31,926 bases of DNA from an uncultured Candidatus Peribacteria bacterium (GCA_964407085.1 CAYOUH010000001.1:1-31926); one strand, 5' to 3'. Shown: positions 17,968 to 26,638, counted from the stretch's first letter. Numbers and translations are program-made. Notes: generated from the sequence alone by a model not told the origin.

Positions 17968-18026
17968 AAGAGAAAGGGGGTAAGGATAGGTGAGATAAAG
18001 AAAAATACAGGGGAAGAAGCCCACAC

Positions 18027-18482
18027 TTAGCGTGTGGCCGTGATCGTGGCGCCCTGCTCGGCACCCGGAGCGCTTACCGTTACACGACCATTGGCGTCCT
18101 TGCTGATGTTGTATCCCGTTGAGTTGGCAGTGGCCGTCGTGGGATCCTTTGGCATGGCCACCAGATACTTCCCGTTCGTCGTCAGGACGGAGAGGTCAAT
18201 GATTCCCGTACAGGTACCGCCGGTCGTACAAATAGCGGTCGGTGTGGTCGTGATGGAAGCGGGGACGGTCCCTACGTTATCGATGGAGTACTGGTAAACA
18301 GCGTTGAGGATCGTGTTCACGTCGGACTTGCGCTGGGCGTTCTTAATCTCCCCCAGCTGCTTGCCAGGGTTCAGGGCGACGATAACGATACCGGCCAGGA
18401 TGGCGATGCCAGCCACGACCAGGAGGATTTCCAGGAGGGTGAAGCCTCCCTTAGCGGCAGCTTGTGTGCGTGTTTGTTTCAT
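18027..18482 (-). CDS. Type IV major pilin, copy 1
   Basis: KGG/FTLLEILLVVAGIAILAGIVIVALNP, Cys pair, close paralog of the downstream pilin. Confidence 0.9.
   Translation of the reverse strand: MKQTRTQAAAKGGFTLLEILLVVAGIAILAGIVIVALNPGKQLGEIKNAQRKSDVNTILNAVYQYSIDNVGTVPASITTTPTAICTTGGTCTGIIDLSVLTTNGKYLVAMPKDPTTATANSTGYNISKDANGRVTVSAPGAEQGATITATR
18347..18449. repeat. 103-bp exact direct repeat, copy in pilin 1 (other copy 17835-17937)
   Basis: Direct sequence comparison. Confidence 0.9.
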
Positions 18483-18517
18483 GGATATTGGAGATAGTGG
18501 GGAACGTATCTGAATAA

Positions 18518-18546
18518 AGCATACAATTCAGCCTCTGGGAGCGCAA
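18518..18546 (-). promoter_or_regulatory. Internal promoter TTGCGC-N17-TATGCT for the major pilins
   Basis: -35/-10 pair with a 17-nt spacer in the gap between the PilX-like gene and pilin 1. Confidence 0.5.
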
Positions 18547-18565
18547 GTGGGGGGACGATCTCGAT

Positions 18566-18979
18566 TTAGGGGGTTTCCTGCCAGGACGAAATGATGACTT
18601 GGGGATTAATAGCGGCGATGACCACAGTGAGACGGCGCACGACGGTGCCTACCGTTCCGGTGGAAACAATCTGGCGGCTCTCCCCGCCCAGATCCGAGAC
18701 CGTGGCGGTACAGGTTCCTGATGAGAGCGTGAGGTTGGCGCTGCCAAGGTAGGCGGTAGAGGCGCGTATGGACTCGAGGGAATTCTCGACACAGGCAATG
18801 GCCAGTTCCTTAGCCTTGCCGGCTTGCTCGAGGGCGAAGCTGTCACGCGAGGTATTGATTCCGAAGACCAGTACGGCGACCACGATCGAAATACCGACCA
18901 TGCCTACGAGGGTTACCGCCAGGAGGCTAATGAACCCAGGAGACGCCCGCGTACCTGGTTGATGCTTTTGTGCATTCAT
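18566..18979 (-). CDS. PilX/GspK-like minor pilin
   Basis: G/FISLLAVTLVG prepilin motif lacking Glu5, in the last position of the minor-pilin run. Confidence 0.75.
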   Translation of the reverse strand: MNAQKHQPGTRASPGFISLLAVTLVGMVGISIVVAVLVFGINTSRDSFALEQAGKAKELAIACVENSLESIRASTAYLGSANLTLSSGTCTATVSDLGGESRQIVSTGTVGTVVRRLTVVIAAINPQVIISSWQETP

Positions 18980-18992
18980 AATGGCTTTTTAG

Positions 18993-19547
18993 TCAGCGTA
19001 TCCCGGCCGAGCCACTGAAAGTCTTGGAGTATTGGTATTCATTGCGGGCCGAAGCGTTATTACGGGCTATAGTAAACTGCGTGCTGATGATGCCCTCCGT
19101 CCCACTCCTCCCATAGTTGGCAAAGGTGAGGGCGCTGATCGTTATCCGCGAAGGAGTAAGGGGGATAGCTGCCCCTGCGCCCTCCTGTACCATGAGGACT
19201 CCATTGGAGAGTGAGAAGATGGTGGGGTTCTTGGCACTGTCGGGAACCGAAAGGGTCAGAGTGGATTGACTCCCTCCGATCGCAGGAGCGGTTATGCCGT
19301 TGGCATTCCTGATGGCCGATCCAATCCGCTCCAGCGTAGTGCGCCCCACACTGTCGACGTCGGAGACGGTTTCGTTCTTTACCCGCGAGCGCAGCGTCAC
19401 ATAGTATGTCAGGGAGACGGACGTCAGCAGGATCCCCGTCAGCGTGACGTACAGGAGGAGTTCGAGCAACGTGAAGCCCTTACGTTTCGATTGCGAAGTT
19501 CTCGACTCGCCATCCGTACCATTGTGGGAACAGGACATAGTTGTCAT
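18993..19547 (-). CDS. PilW/GspJ-like minor pilin
   Basis: KG/FTLLELLLYVTLTGILL. The ATG at 19547 forms an ATGA overlap with the upstream stop. Confidence 0.8.
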   Translation of the reverse strand: MTTMSCSHNGTDGESRTSQSKRKGFTLLELLLYVTLTGILLTSVSLTYYVTLRSRVKNETVSDVDSVGRTTLERIGSAIRNANGITAPAIGGSQSTLTLSVPDSAKNPTIFSLSNGVLMVQEGAGAAIPLTPSRITISALTFANYGRSGTEGIISTQFTIARNNASARNEYQYSKTFSGSAGIR

Positions 19548-20473
19548 TCGTCGGAAGTACAATCGATCTCGGCCGCATCACAGGGGGGCGGGATGAAGTT
19601 GGTCAGGGTCCTGGTCGAACCGTCCGTCATTGTGAAGACGATGGTAAACTTCGTACCCACCATGTTTTGGTCGAACCAGAAGCGGATGCGCCTTGAGGTG
19701 TTTTGATTGAGCGTGTAGTTGCTGACATCCAGTTCCGTACCAGACAATTGCGGCCCATCTGGACTTCCCACCCCTGTCGCCTCCCAGATCGTTCCACCGC
19801 CCCCTTGCATCCTGACGGAGGTCACCCGCTGGATCACATTCGGACTCAGGTCTACCCAGGTCAGCTTGATCTTGTTGATCGTGATGGGGGAAGATCCTTC
19901 ATTTGACAGGAGGAGCCGGCGCAGGCGGGAATACGGAGGATCGGTGTTGGGGCCGCCGATCTTGGCCAGGCTCGTATCGATCCCGAGGTTGTTCCCCATG
20001 GTGCCGCCACCGGGTGTGGATGTGGGGGTGGGAGAAGGTGTGGCACTAACACGTTTCCAGTTAGATACATAGCTCACGAGGGAAACACTTCCTGTGCGTT
20101 GGGGATCCTGTTGCCACGTGACCGTGGACGTTATTTGTTTGCGGTTGGCGTCGACGGTGGCGATGGTGATCTGGCGGGTGAAGATGCCGCTCACGTCGGA
20201 GGACCCACTCAGGATCCATTGGTTGCCCGAGAGGGCCAGCCCATGGGTTCCATTGGTAAGATTTGAGAAGCTGGCATTGCGCAGATTGGCCACAATCTCC
20301 AAACCTTCCTCCGCCAGGGCCACGGCCCGGCCGCGTTCCCCCGAGACAGAGGCATTGCGCTGGCCGATGGCCAAGACCCCGATTACCCCCGTGACGATGA
20401 TCCCATAGAGCGCCACCGCGAGGAGGACTTCGACTTGGGAGAATGCCCGATTGGAGAATTTCTTCAAGGACAT
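19544..20473 (-). CDS. PilV/GspI-like minor pilin with a Pro/Thr linker and an extra C-terminal beta-rich domain
   Basis: RA/FSQVEVLLAVALYGII, then RAVALAEEGLE and ITSTVTW, linker SATPSPTPTSTPGGG and about 150 additional residues. Confidence 0.8.
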   Translation of the reverse strand: MSLKKFSNRAFSQVEVLLAVALYGIIVTGVIGVLAIGQRNASVSGERGRAVALAEEGLEIVANLRNASFSNLTNGTHGLALSGNQWILSGSSDVSGIFTRQITIATVDANRKQITSTVTWQQDPQRTGSVSLVSYVSNWKRVSATPSPTPTSTPGGGTMGNNLGIDTSLAKIGGPNTDPPYSRLRRLLLSNEGSSPITINKIKLTWVDLSPNVIQRVTSVRMQGGGGTIWEATGVGSPDGPQLSGTELDVSNYTLNQNTSRRIRFWFDQNMVGTKFTIVFTMTDGSTRTLTNFIPPPCDAAEIDCTSDE

Positions 20474-20481
20474 GGGAAGTT

Positions 20482-20925
20482 TTAATAGTCGATCGTTCCT
20501 TTTGCGTTGATCACAACCGTCCGCACATTGCTCCCAGAAGTCAGCGTAAAGGTTCCCGTCTGCTGCGGGTCTCCGGTCAGTTTGGAGAAAACCACTTCAG
20601 TCAGTCCACTCGGGACGATAGCGGTACTAATGGCAAAGGTTTCGTCGCATGTCCTAACCCGCAAGACGTAGCTTGTACCGCAGAAGATTGTTATGCTTCC
20701 TGTTTGTACACTTCCCCCCCATGCGTTATCCGCATCCATTGCTATGGACAGGGTTTGGGCACGACGCAAGGAAGAGACAATGGCATTGGCCCCGATGTCC
20801 AACTCGTTCCTGGTCTGCATGCTGAGGAAAAGCGGCATGGAGGAAGCGGAGATGATCCCGATCACCGCGACCGAGAGGATCAGTTCCAGGATGGTAAAAC
20901 CGGATTGTCTCTGGGAAGCATTCAT
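20482..20925 (-). CDS. FimT/FimU (GspH)-like minor pilin
   Basis: SG/FTILELILSVAVIGII, LRRAQTLS, WG and C-terminal VVINAKGTIDY. Start MNASQ at 20925. Confidence 0.8.
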   Translation of the reverse strand: MNASQRQSGFTILELILSVAVIGIISASSMPLFLSMQTRNELDIGANAIVSSLRRAQTLSIAMDADNAWGGSVQTGSITIFCGTSYVLRVRTCDETFAISTAIVPSGLTEVVFSKLTGDPQQTGTFTLTSGSNVRTVVINAKGTIDY

Positions 20926-20930
20926 ACGGT

Positions 20931-22241
20931 TCAGATACCACCATTGAAATTCCCGACGAGGCTGTAGAGCGGAAGGATGACCGCCACGGCGACCGTCACC
21001 ACGCCGAGCCACACCATGACGAGCAGGATGGGTTCGAGGATGACACTCAGGTTCTTGGTCGTGGTATTGAGCTTCTGCTCGAAGATCTCGCTGACCTTCA
21101 TGAGGGTGACAGCGAGGTTGCCCGACTGCTCGGACGTGACGATGAGCTGCTGGAAGGGCAGGGGGATGAGCTTCGGGCTAGACTTGTAGGAGGCGAAGCT
21201 GTGCTCGAGCGAATTGCCCTCCTCGATGCGGTCACGCAGGTGCGTGTAGAATTTCTGGTAGCGGTAGTACGTGGTGGCACTGGCGAGGGAGTTGAAGGAT
21301 TCTACGACGGGAAGGCCGGAACTGAGCAGCGTCCCGAGGATATAGCCCAGGCGTGCCATCTCGCCCTCCAGGATGAGCTTACGGATCGGCGGGATGAAAA
21401 ACAGGATGGCTTGCCCGATGAAGTTCGTCCGCTTGTAAACGAAGACGAAGTACATCACCAGTCCCGCCAGGAGGAGAACGGCCGGGATCACGTACACGCC
21501 ATACACTCCGAGGAAGTTTCCCAATCCGATGAGCAACTTGGTCACCAGTGGCAGCGGGATATTGAGCTGGGTGAAGACGCTCGAGAGCTTGGGCAGGATA
21601 AACCAGGCGATGCCCAGGCCGATAACCGCCGTCAGGCCGAAGACGAAGACCGGGTACATGAGCGCGGACTTCACCTTGGAACCGAATTCGCGCTCCTTCT
21701 GCTGCTGGGCGGCGATGACCTGGAGATTCTGCCCCAGGCGGCCGGTCTGCTCGCCGACCCGGATGAGGGCTATAGCATAGGTCGGAAATATGCCCGTAAC
21801 CGCGAGGGATTCCCACAACGTACCTCCTCCGTCGATGCCGTTCTCGATCTGGGTGATGGCCTCGCGCATCGCCTTGGACTTGATGTCCTTCTTGATGGCG
21901 CCCAATGCCGTCATGATCACCATGCCGCTGGTGAGCAGCATGGAGAGGTTCTCGATGAAATAGCTGAGTTCCGCCCCGACGCCGAATTTGGAAAACGACT
22001 TGGCTTTAGCGACCTTAGCCACGGGTTCTGCCTTCTCGGGCTTGGTATCGGCATGGGGAGGTTCGGGACGCTTCTCCACCGTGGGGAGATTGATGGGAGG
22101 AAGGGGGCGTTCCATCACTTCCGTCACGCGGATGGCCGAGGGTGCCTTTTCGTTCACAGAAGGCTTGGCCTTGGGAGAAGCCTTTTTCTCGGCCACTTTG
22201 GCGTTCTTTTCTTTCGCGGGGGCCGCGGCGTTCTTTTTCAT
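20931..22241 (-). CDS. pilC: Type IV pilus/T2SS platform protein PilC/GspF
   Basis: Two T2SSF repeats (NLSMLLTSGM...GEQTGRL and GTLLSSGL...SEQSGNL), KVKSALMYP, LEPILL...AVILPLY. Confidence 0.92.
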   Translation of the reverse strand: MKKNAAAPAKEKNAKVAEKKASPKAKPSVNEKAPSAIRVTEVMERPLPPINLPTVEKRPEPPHADTKPEKAEPVAKVAKAKSFSKFGVGAELSYFIENLSMLLTSGMVIMTALGAIKKDIKSKAMREAITQIENGIDGGGTLWESLAVTGIFPTYAIALIRVGEQTGRLGQNLQVIAAQQQKEREFGSKVKSALMYPVFVFGLTAVIGLGIAWFILPKLSSVFTQLNIPLPLVTKLLIGLGNFLGVYGVYVIPAVLLLAGLVMYFVFVYKRTNFIGQAILFFIPPIRKLILEGEMARLGYILGTLLSSGLPVVESFNSLASATTYYRYQKFYTHLRDRIEEGNSLEHSFASYKSSPKLIPLPFQQLIVTSEQSGNLAVTLMKVSEIFEQKLNTTTKNLSVILEPILLVMVWLGVVTVAVAVILPLYSLVGNFNGGI

Positions 22242-23971
22242 TTCCGTTTGGATTTGGATTTCAGGACGGGCTTGGTAGGCTTACGGGCAGGCTTCGTCAC
22301 TGGGGAGGCCGCCGGGTCGGCCGCCACGACGGTAGCGGACTTCGGGGGAGCGGCGACACGCAGGAGTTCTTCGATGGTCGTTTGGCCGTTCTTGATCTTC
22401 TCGATGCCGTCCTCGAACATGGTGAGGGATCCCTGCTCGCGGGCGAGGTGGGCGATCTGCCCGCCGGAAGGATTCTTGAGCATCAGTTCCTCCATCTCCT
22501 CACTGATCTCGATGAACTCGAACAGGGCGATGCGGCCCTTGTAGCCCGACATCGAGCACACGGTACAGCCCTTCCCCCGGTAGAGCGTCGTCTGGGAGGA
22601 GAGGTAGGGGACTACACTGGCGGGCATGCGGGCGATATCATCCTTGGTCAACGCCTTACTGTAGCGGCAATTGTCGCAAATCTGGCGGACCAGGCGTTGG
22701 GCGATAACGAGTTCGAGGGTGGAAGCCAGGAGGAAGGGCTCGATACCGATCTCGAGCAGGCGCGGGATGGCGGTCGAGGCATCGTTGGCATGGAAGGTGG
22801 AGAGGAGGAGATGCCCCGTAAGCGCCGCATTGACGGAGATTTCAGCCGTCTCCTTATCGCGGATTTCCCCGACGAGGATGATGTTCGGATCCTGGCGGAC
22901 GATGGAGCGGAGCCCTTGCGCGAAGGTCAGGTTGGTCTCGACGTTCACCTGGATCTGGTTGATGCCGGCAATGCGATACTCGACCGGATCCTCGATCGTC
23001 GTGAGATTCGCATCGGCCCGGTTGAGCAGCTTGAGCAGCGAATACAGGGTCGTGCTTTTCCCGGATCCGGTAGGCCCCGTGACCAGGATCATCCCGAACG
23101 GCTTGTGCGAGGCCTCCGTCATCATCTTCTGGTGGCGCGGGGAGAGGCCGATATCACTGAGCGAGAAGCTGCGCACGTAGGAGGATAGGATACGGGCGAC
23201 CACCTTCTCCCCGTTGAGCGTGGGGACGATAGAGATGCGCAGGTCGGCATAGCTGTCGCCCAACGTCACGCGCATGGCCCCATCCTGTGCCGCGTAGTGC
23301 GCATCGATGCGCAAGCGGGCCTGCACCTTGATGCGGTTGATCACGTTGTCGTAGGCTTCCTTGGGCAGGCGTCCCGCTTCGCGCAGCACGCCATCCACGC
23401 GGAAACGGATGATGACGTCCTTCTCCTGCGGCTCGAAGTGGATATCGGACGTATGCAGCGCTACCGCATCGCGGAAGATCTCCTCGAGGAGTTCGGGCGC
23501 TATCTTGCTGCTGTCTTTGAGGATCGCGCTGAAGCGCGTTTCGAGCGGTTGCTGGTAGTGAACAAACTGCTCGATGATGTCCTCGGGGAAGGAGTAGTGG
23601 AAAACGATCTTCTGCTTGGGGAAGAAGGCCTTCACTTCAGAAGAAAGCTTTTCGTTAGTGGGATCACCGGCGGCGACGTGCACCCCGGAGGCATCCTCAA
23701 AGAGCGCCAACACCCCGTACTCGCGGGCGAAGTTCTCAGGGATCTTCTGGGCCAATTCCTTGGCTGGCGCCTGGACTTTCAGGTCCGCGTACGGCACGCC
23801 GAAGGACTCGGCGATGGCTTGTCCCAGGAGGGATTTGGTAAACAGCCCAGAGGAAACGAGATAGTTTTCCAGGGTTGTCTTGTGCGTCACCGCTTCCTGC
23901 TCCGCCTTCACTAGGTCCTGTTCCGTGAGATAGTTCTCACTGAGGAGGATTTTCTTGAGGTCGATTTCCAT
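22238..23971 (-). CDS. pilB: Type IV pilus assembly ATPase PilB/GspE
   Basis: SDIHFEP, RFRVDGVL, Walker A GPTGSGKST, TIEDPVEY, RQDPNIILVGEIRD, TGHLLLSTFHAN, and the Zn motif CDNC...CTVC. ATGA overlap with pilC. Confidence 0.94.
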   Translation of the reverse strand: MEIDLKKILLSENYLTEQDLVKAEQEAVTHKTTLENYLVSSGLFTKSLLGQAIAESFGVPYADLKVQAPAKELAQKIPENFAREYGVLALFEDASGVHVAAGDPTNEKLSSEVKAFFPKQKIVFHYSFPEDIIEQFVHYQQPLETRFSAILKDSSKIAPELLEEIFRDAVALHTSDIHFEPQEKDVIIRFRVDGVLREAGRLPKEAYDNVINRIKVQARLRIDAHYAAQDGAMRVTLGDSYADLRISIVPTLNGEKVVARILSSYVRSFSLSDIGLSPRHQKMMTEASHKPFGMILVTGPTGSGKSTTLYSLLKLLNRADANLTTIEDPVEYRIAGINQIQVNVETNLTFAQGLRSIVRQDPNIILVGEIRDKETAEISVNAALTGHLLLSTFHANDASTAIPRLLEIGIEPFLLASTLELVIAQRLVRQICDNCRYSKALTKDDIARMPASVVPYLSSQTTLYRGKGCTVCSMSGYKGRIALFEFIEISEEMEELMLKNPSGGQIAHLAREQGSLTMFEDGIEKIKNGQTTIEELLRVAAPPKSATVVAADPAASPVTKPARKPTKPVLKSKSKRK

Positions 23972-23996
23972 GCCGTTTCAAAGGAAAGATCCATCG

Positions 23997-24377
23997 TCAG
24001 CTGGAAAGCTTCTGCACCTTCTCGACCAGGTCGGTCAGGGCCGTGCTCGATTTTACGAAGTACTCGTTCGCTCCCATGGTCTTAGCCCGATCGATGTCCT
24101 CCGGTTGACCCAGGTTCGAAGCGACGATGACGGGGACCTTGGCACCACGTGCACGGACTTTCGACAGCACCGTGAAACCATCCACCTTGGGCATGACGAG
24201 GTCGAGGATAACCACGTCGAACATATTCGCGTCGAGCAATTTCCCGGCTTCCTCACCGTCATACGCCACGTTGGTTTCAAAACCCGCCTTTTGAAGCTTG
24301 AGTTCCAGGGCGCGGGCCAATGGCTTCTCGTCCTCAACAATCAGGACGCGCTTGGCTTTGGTCGGTTTATCAGCCAT
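23997..24377 (-). CDS. Single-domain response regulator (receiver only)
   Basis: VLIVEDE, phospho-acceptor ILDLVMP, DGF, VASN and YFVKS; no output domain. Start MADKP at 24377. Confidence 0.9.
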   Translation of the reverse strand: MADKPTKAKRVLIVEDEKPLARALELKLQKAGFETNVAYDGEEAGKLLDANMFDVVILDLVMPKVDGFTVLSKVRARGAKVPVIVASNLGQPEDIDRAKTMGANEYFVKSSTALTDLVEKVQKLSS

Positions 24378-24422
24378 AGGGGGATGAGAGGATTTCCAGG
24401 ACGGACGAAATATCCATCCAGA

Positions 24423-24438
24423 CAGGATACCATTCATG
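24423..24438 (-). promoter_or_regulatory. Extended -10 promoter element CATGAATGGTATCCTG for the RR-pilB-pilC-pilin operon; identical to 7744-7759
   Basis: Lies just downstream of the RRM terminator and 45 nt upstream of ATG 24377. Confidence 0.55.
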
Positions 24439-24491
24439 ACCAATTTTTCCTAGTCGGGAATCCGTCCCACCGGAGACTTATGAGATACACC

Positions 24492-24516
24492 AAAAAGGCC
24501 ACCCCGGAGGGTGGCC
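24492..24516 (-). terminator. Rho-independent terminator of the RRM gene
   Basis: Minus strand GGCCACCC-TCCG-GGGTGGCC-TTTTT. Confidence 0.8.
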
Positions 24517-24545
24517 TCATGGAAAGACGAAATTTCCCGAAGGAA

Positions 24546-24836
24546 TTACATCCTGGAACCGAACTCGCGGCGCGGAGGCCTGTCCTCGAGAGGGCGGGCA
24601 ACGTTGACGACGAGCTTGCGGCCGTCGATTTCCTGATCGTGGAACATCTCGATAGCCTTGTTGGCCATCGCTTCGTTCTCCATCTCGACGAAGCCGAAGC
24701 CCTTCGAGCGACCAGAAAACTTGTCGGTGATCACCATGGCGGAAACGACGTTTCCGGCGGCGGCGAACATTTCCTTGAGCATATCGGACGTGGTCCGGTA
24801 GTTCAGGTTTCCGACGTAGAGCTTGCAGGTATTCAT
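24546..24836 (-). CDS. RRM (RNP-1) RNA-binding protein
   Basis: RNP2 LYVGNL, RNP1 KGFGFVEM, DGRKLVVNVARP. Confidence 0.93.
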   Translation of the reverse strand: MNTCKLYVGNLNYRTTSDMLKEMFAAAGNVVSAMVITDKFSGRSKGFGFVEMENEAMANKAIEMFHDQEIDGRKLVVNVARPLEDRPPRREFGSRM

Positions 24837-25077
24837 GTACGTGGTGTGCGTGGGTTGAGGTAAAGGCGCAAGTCAATCACTTCCTTTCCCCTGGACCTGC
24901 CTTCCTACCGCGGGGGAAAGAAGCACTTGCAAGGAGAAATTTGCACCCCCCATGGTACGCCGTCCAATGTCGCTGTCAATGAATCCGATACTATCTCCAT
25001 CCAATATTCCTCAATTTTCCACAATAGCTTGTTTCAGGTGTCTGGCTGGCATACATTGGCGCCACTTCCCCTTCCCG

Positions 25078-25929
25078 ATGTCTTGGCGCGATCGTGTTCT
25101 CCGACTTCTCACCGTTTCCCTCTTCGTCCTTCTCGTTGGCGGGTGGGTGGCGTTCTTTTCCGGAGACAACACTCCCATCACCACTAGGCAGAAGACCTTC
25201 GCCCAGGGAAACCCAGCCGGCTATGGTCTGGAGGTTGCTGGAGGCGCTACGGAAGGCTGCACAGCCGACAAGGTCCCAGTCCTCATGTACCACCACATCC
25301 GCCATTGTCCGGAGGGGAGCGTGTGCGGCGCGAAGGGATCGGTGGAATACGGTCCCTCCGTCGATCCCGTTCTGTTCGCGCGGCAGTTGGCGACATTGAA
25401 GGACTAGGGATACCACAGCATCCTTCCCCGCGAACTCACGGACGGGAAGGTTCCGTGCAAATCCTTCGTCTTGACCTTCGACGATGGGTACGACGACAAC
25501 CTGGCCGTGCTTCCCATCCTCCACGAATACGGCTTCCATGCGGGATTCGCCATCATCATCGACCGCGTCGACACGGGCGGATACATGGGAGGATCGGACA
25601 TCATGGAGCTCAAGGATGCGGGACACGAGATCCTGTCGCACAGCATCAGCCACCCGAACCTCACCCTACTATCCGACCAGGATCTACAAAACGAACTCCG
25701 GCGCAGCAAAGCCGCCCTCCAAAGCGCGTTCAAGACGCCCGTGCACGGGGTGGTCTACCCGTCGGGAAAGTACGATGAGCGGGTCGAGCGTGCCGCGCAG
25801 CGCGCCGGTTACCGCATGGCATTCACGACGGTGGGGGGATGGGCGGAGATAGGAGGAAACCTTTACGCCCTGCGCCGCGTGCGCATGAGCAACACCACGA
25901 ACACCGACTTGTCGGAGGTGTTGAGGTAG
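25078..25929 (+). pseudogene. Membrane-anchored polysaccharide deacetylase (CE4/NodB, IcaB/PgaB-like) interrupted by one in-frame TAG at 25405-25407
   Basis: The two ORF-track pieces share a frame: ...VPVLMYHHI...LFARQLATLKD*GYHSILPREL...FVLTFDDGYDDN...EILSHSISH...YPSG...RRVR. All CE4 motifs are intact on either side of the stop. Confidence 0.8.
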
Positions 25930-25941
25930 GGAAAGCGGAGA

Positions 25942-26535
25942 TTATTTCATCCACTTCTCGACGCGCTCATTGACGACCTCCCAGTCGATGTTCTTCATGA
26001 AGCCCTCCACGTACGCCTTGCGGCCCGTGGCGTAGTCCACGAAGTAGGCATGCTCGTAGATGTCGAGGATGAGGAGTGGAATAGCGGACCACACGGCACC
26101 GACGTTGTGCGCATCGGCGGCATAGATGCGCAGGGCTTCCTCATCGAGGTCCCAGGCGAGGATCACCCAGCCACGCACGGCCATTCCACAGGCCATGAAC
26201 ATCTTTTCGAATTCCTCATACGACCCGAAGTCCTCGCTGATCTTTGCCAGCAGTTTTTCACTTGGCTTGGAACCATTCTGCGCCATGTTGTCGAAGTAGC
26301 GCTCGTGCAGCTTGTAGGCGTTCACACCGAAGGTCTCGCCGTCTTTGAGGCTGCGGAGATCTGACTGGGTGGCGTTGGCGCTGGAAAGATCGACGGTCTT
26401 GAGCTTCTCGCGGATCTCGTTGGTCTTCTTGATATACCCCGTGTAGAGCGTGTGGTGCTCGCTTAGCTGTTTGGCGGAGAGGAATCCGGAGAGTTCTTCG
26501 TACTTAAGGGGGACAGTTTGGGGAATCTTAGCCAT
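25942..26535 (-). CDS. sod: Fe/Mn superoxide dismutase
   Basis: Metal ligands in LSEHH, LHERYFDNM and LDIYEHAY (DxWEHAY variant). Confidence 0.92.
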   Translation of the reverse strand: MAKIPQTVPLKYEELSGFLSAKQLSEHHTLYTGYIKKTNEIREKLKTVDLSSANATQSDLRSLKDGETFGVNAYKLHERYFDNMAQNGSKPSEKLLAKISEDFGSYEEFEKMFMACGMAVRGWVILAWDLDEEALRIYAADAHNVGAVWSAIPLLILDIYEHAYFVDYATGRKAYVEGFMKNIDWEVVNERVEKWMK

Positions 26536-26588
26536 GGATCGATGGAGGTTAGGAACGTGGGTATTGGCGTATCGTCAACGAGCACCCA

Positions 26589-26597
26589 TGCTACTAT
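26589..26597 (+). promoter_or_regulatory. Extended -10 (TGcTACTAT) for the cysteine desulfurase
   Basis: TGn-TAnnnT match in the divergent sod/iscS gap, overlapping a second TATACT. Confidence 0.45.
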
Positions 26598-26638
26598 ACT
26601 TCCCGCCTGAGTAAAGACGCGTCCTTGTAAAGATCCCT

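Noticed and set aside
25405-25407. Genome-wide TAG reassignment or pyrrolysine as the explanation for the deacetylase stop
   Set aside because: TAG terminates the VirD4-like gene, yhhQ, SIMPL, the kinase, pilin 2 and iscS at expected positions. Only a weak 4-6 bp hairpin follows the codon.
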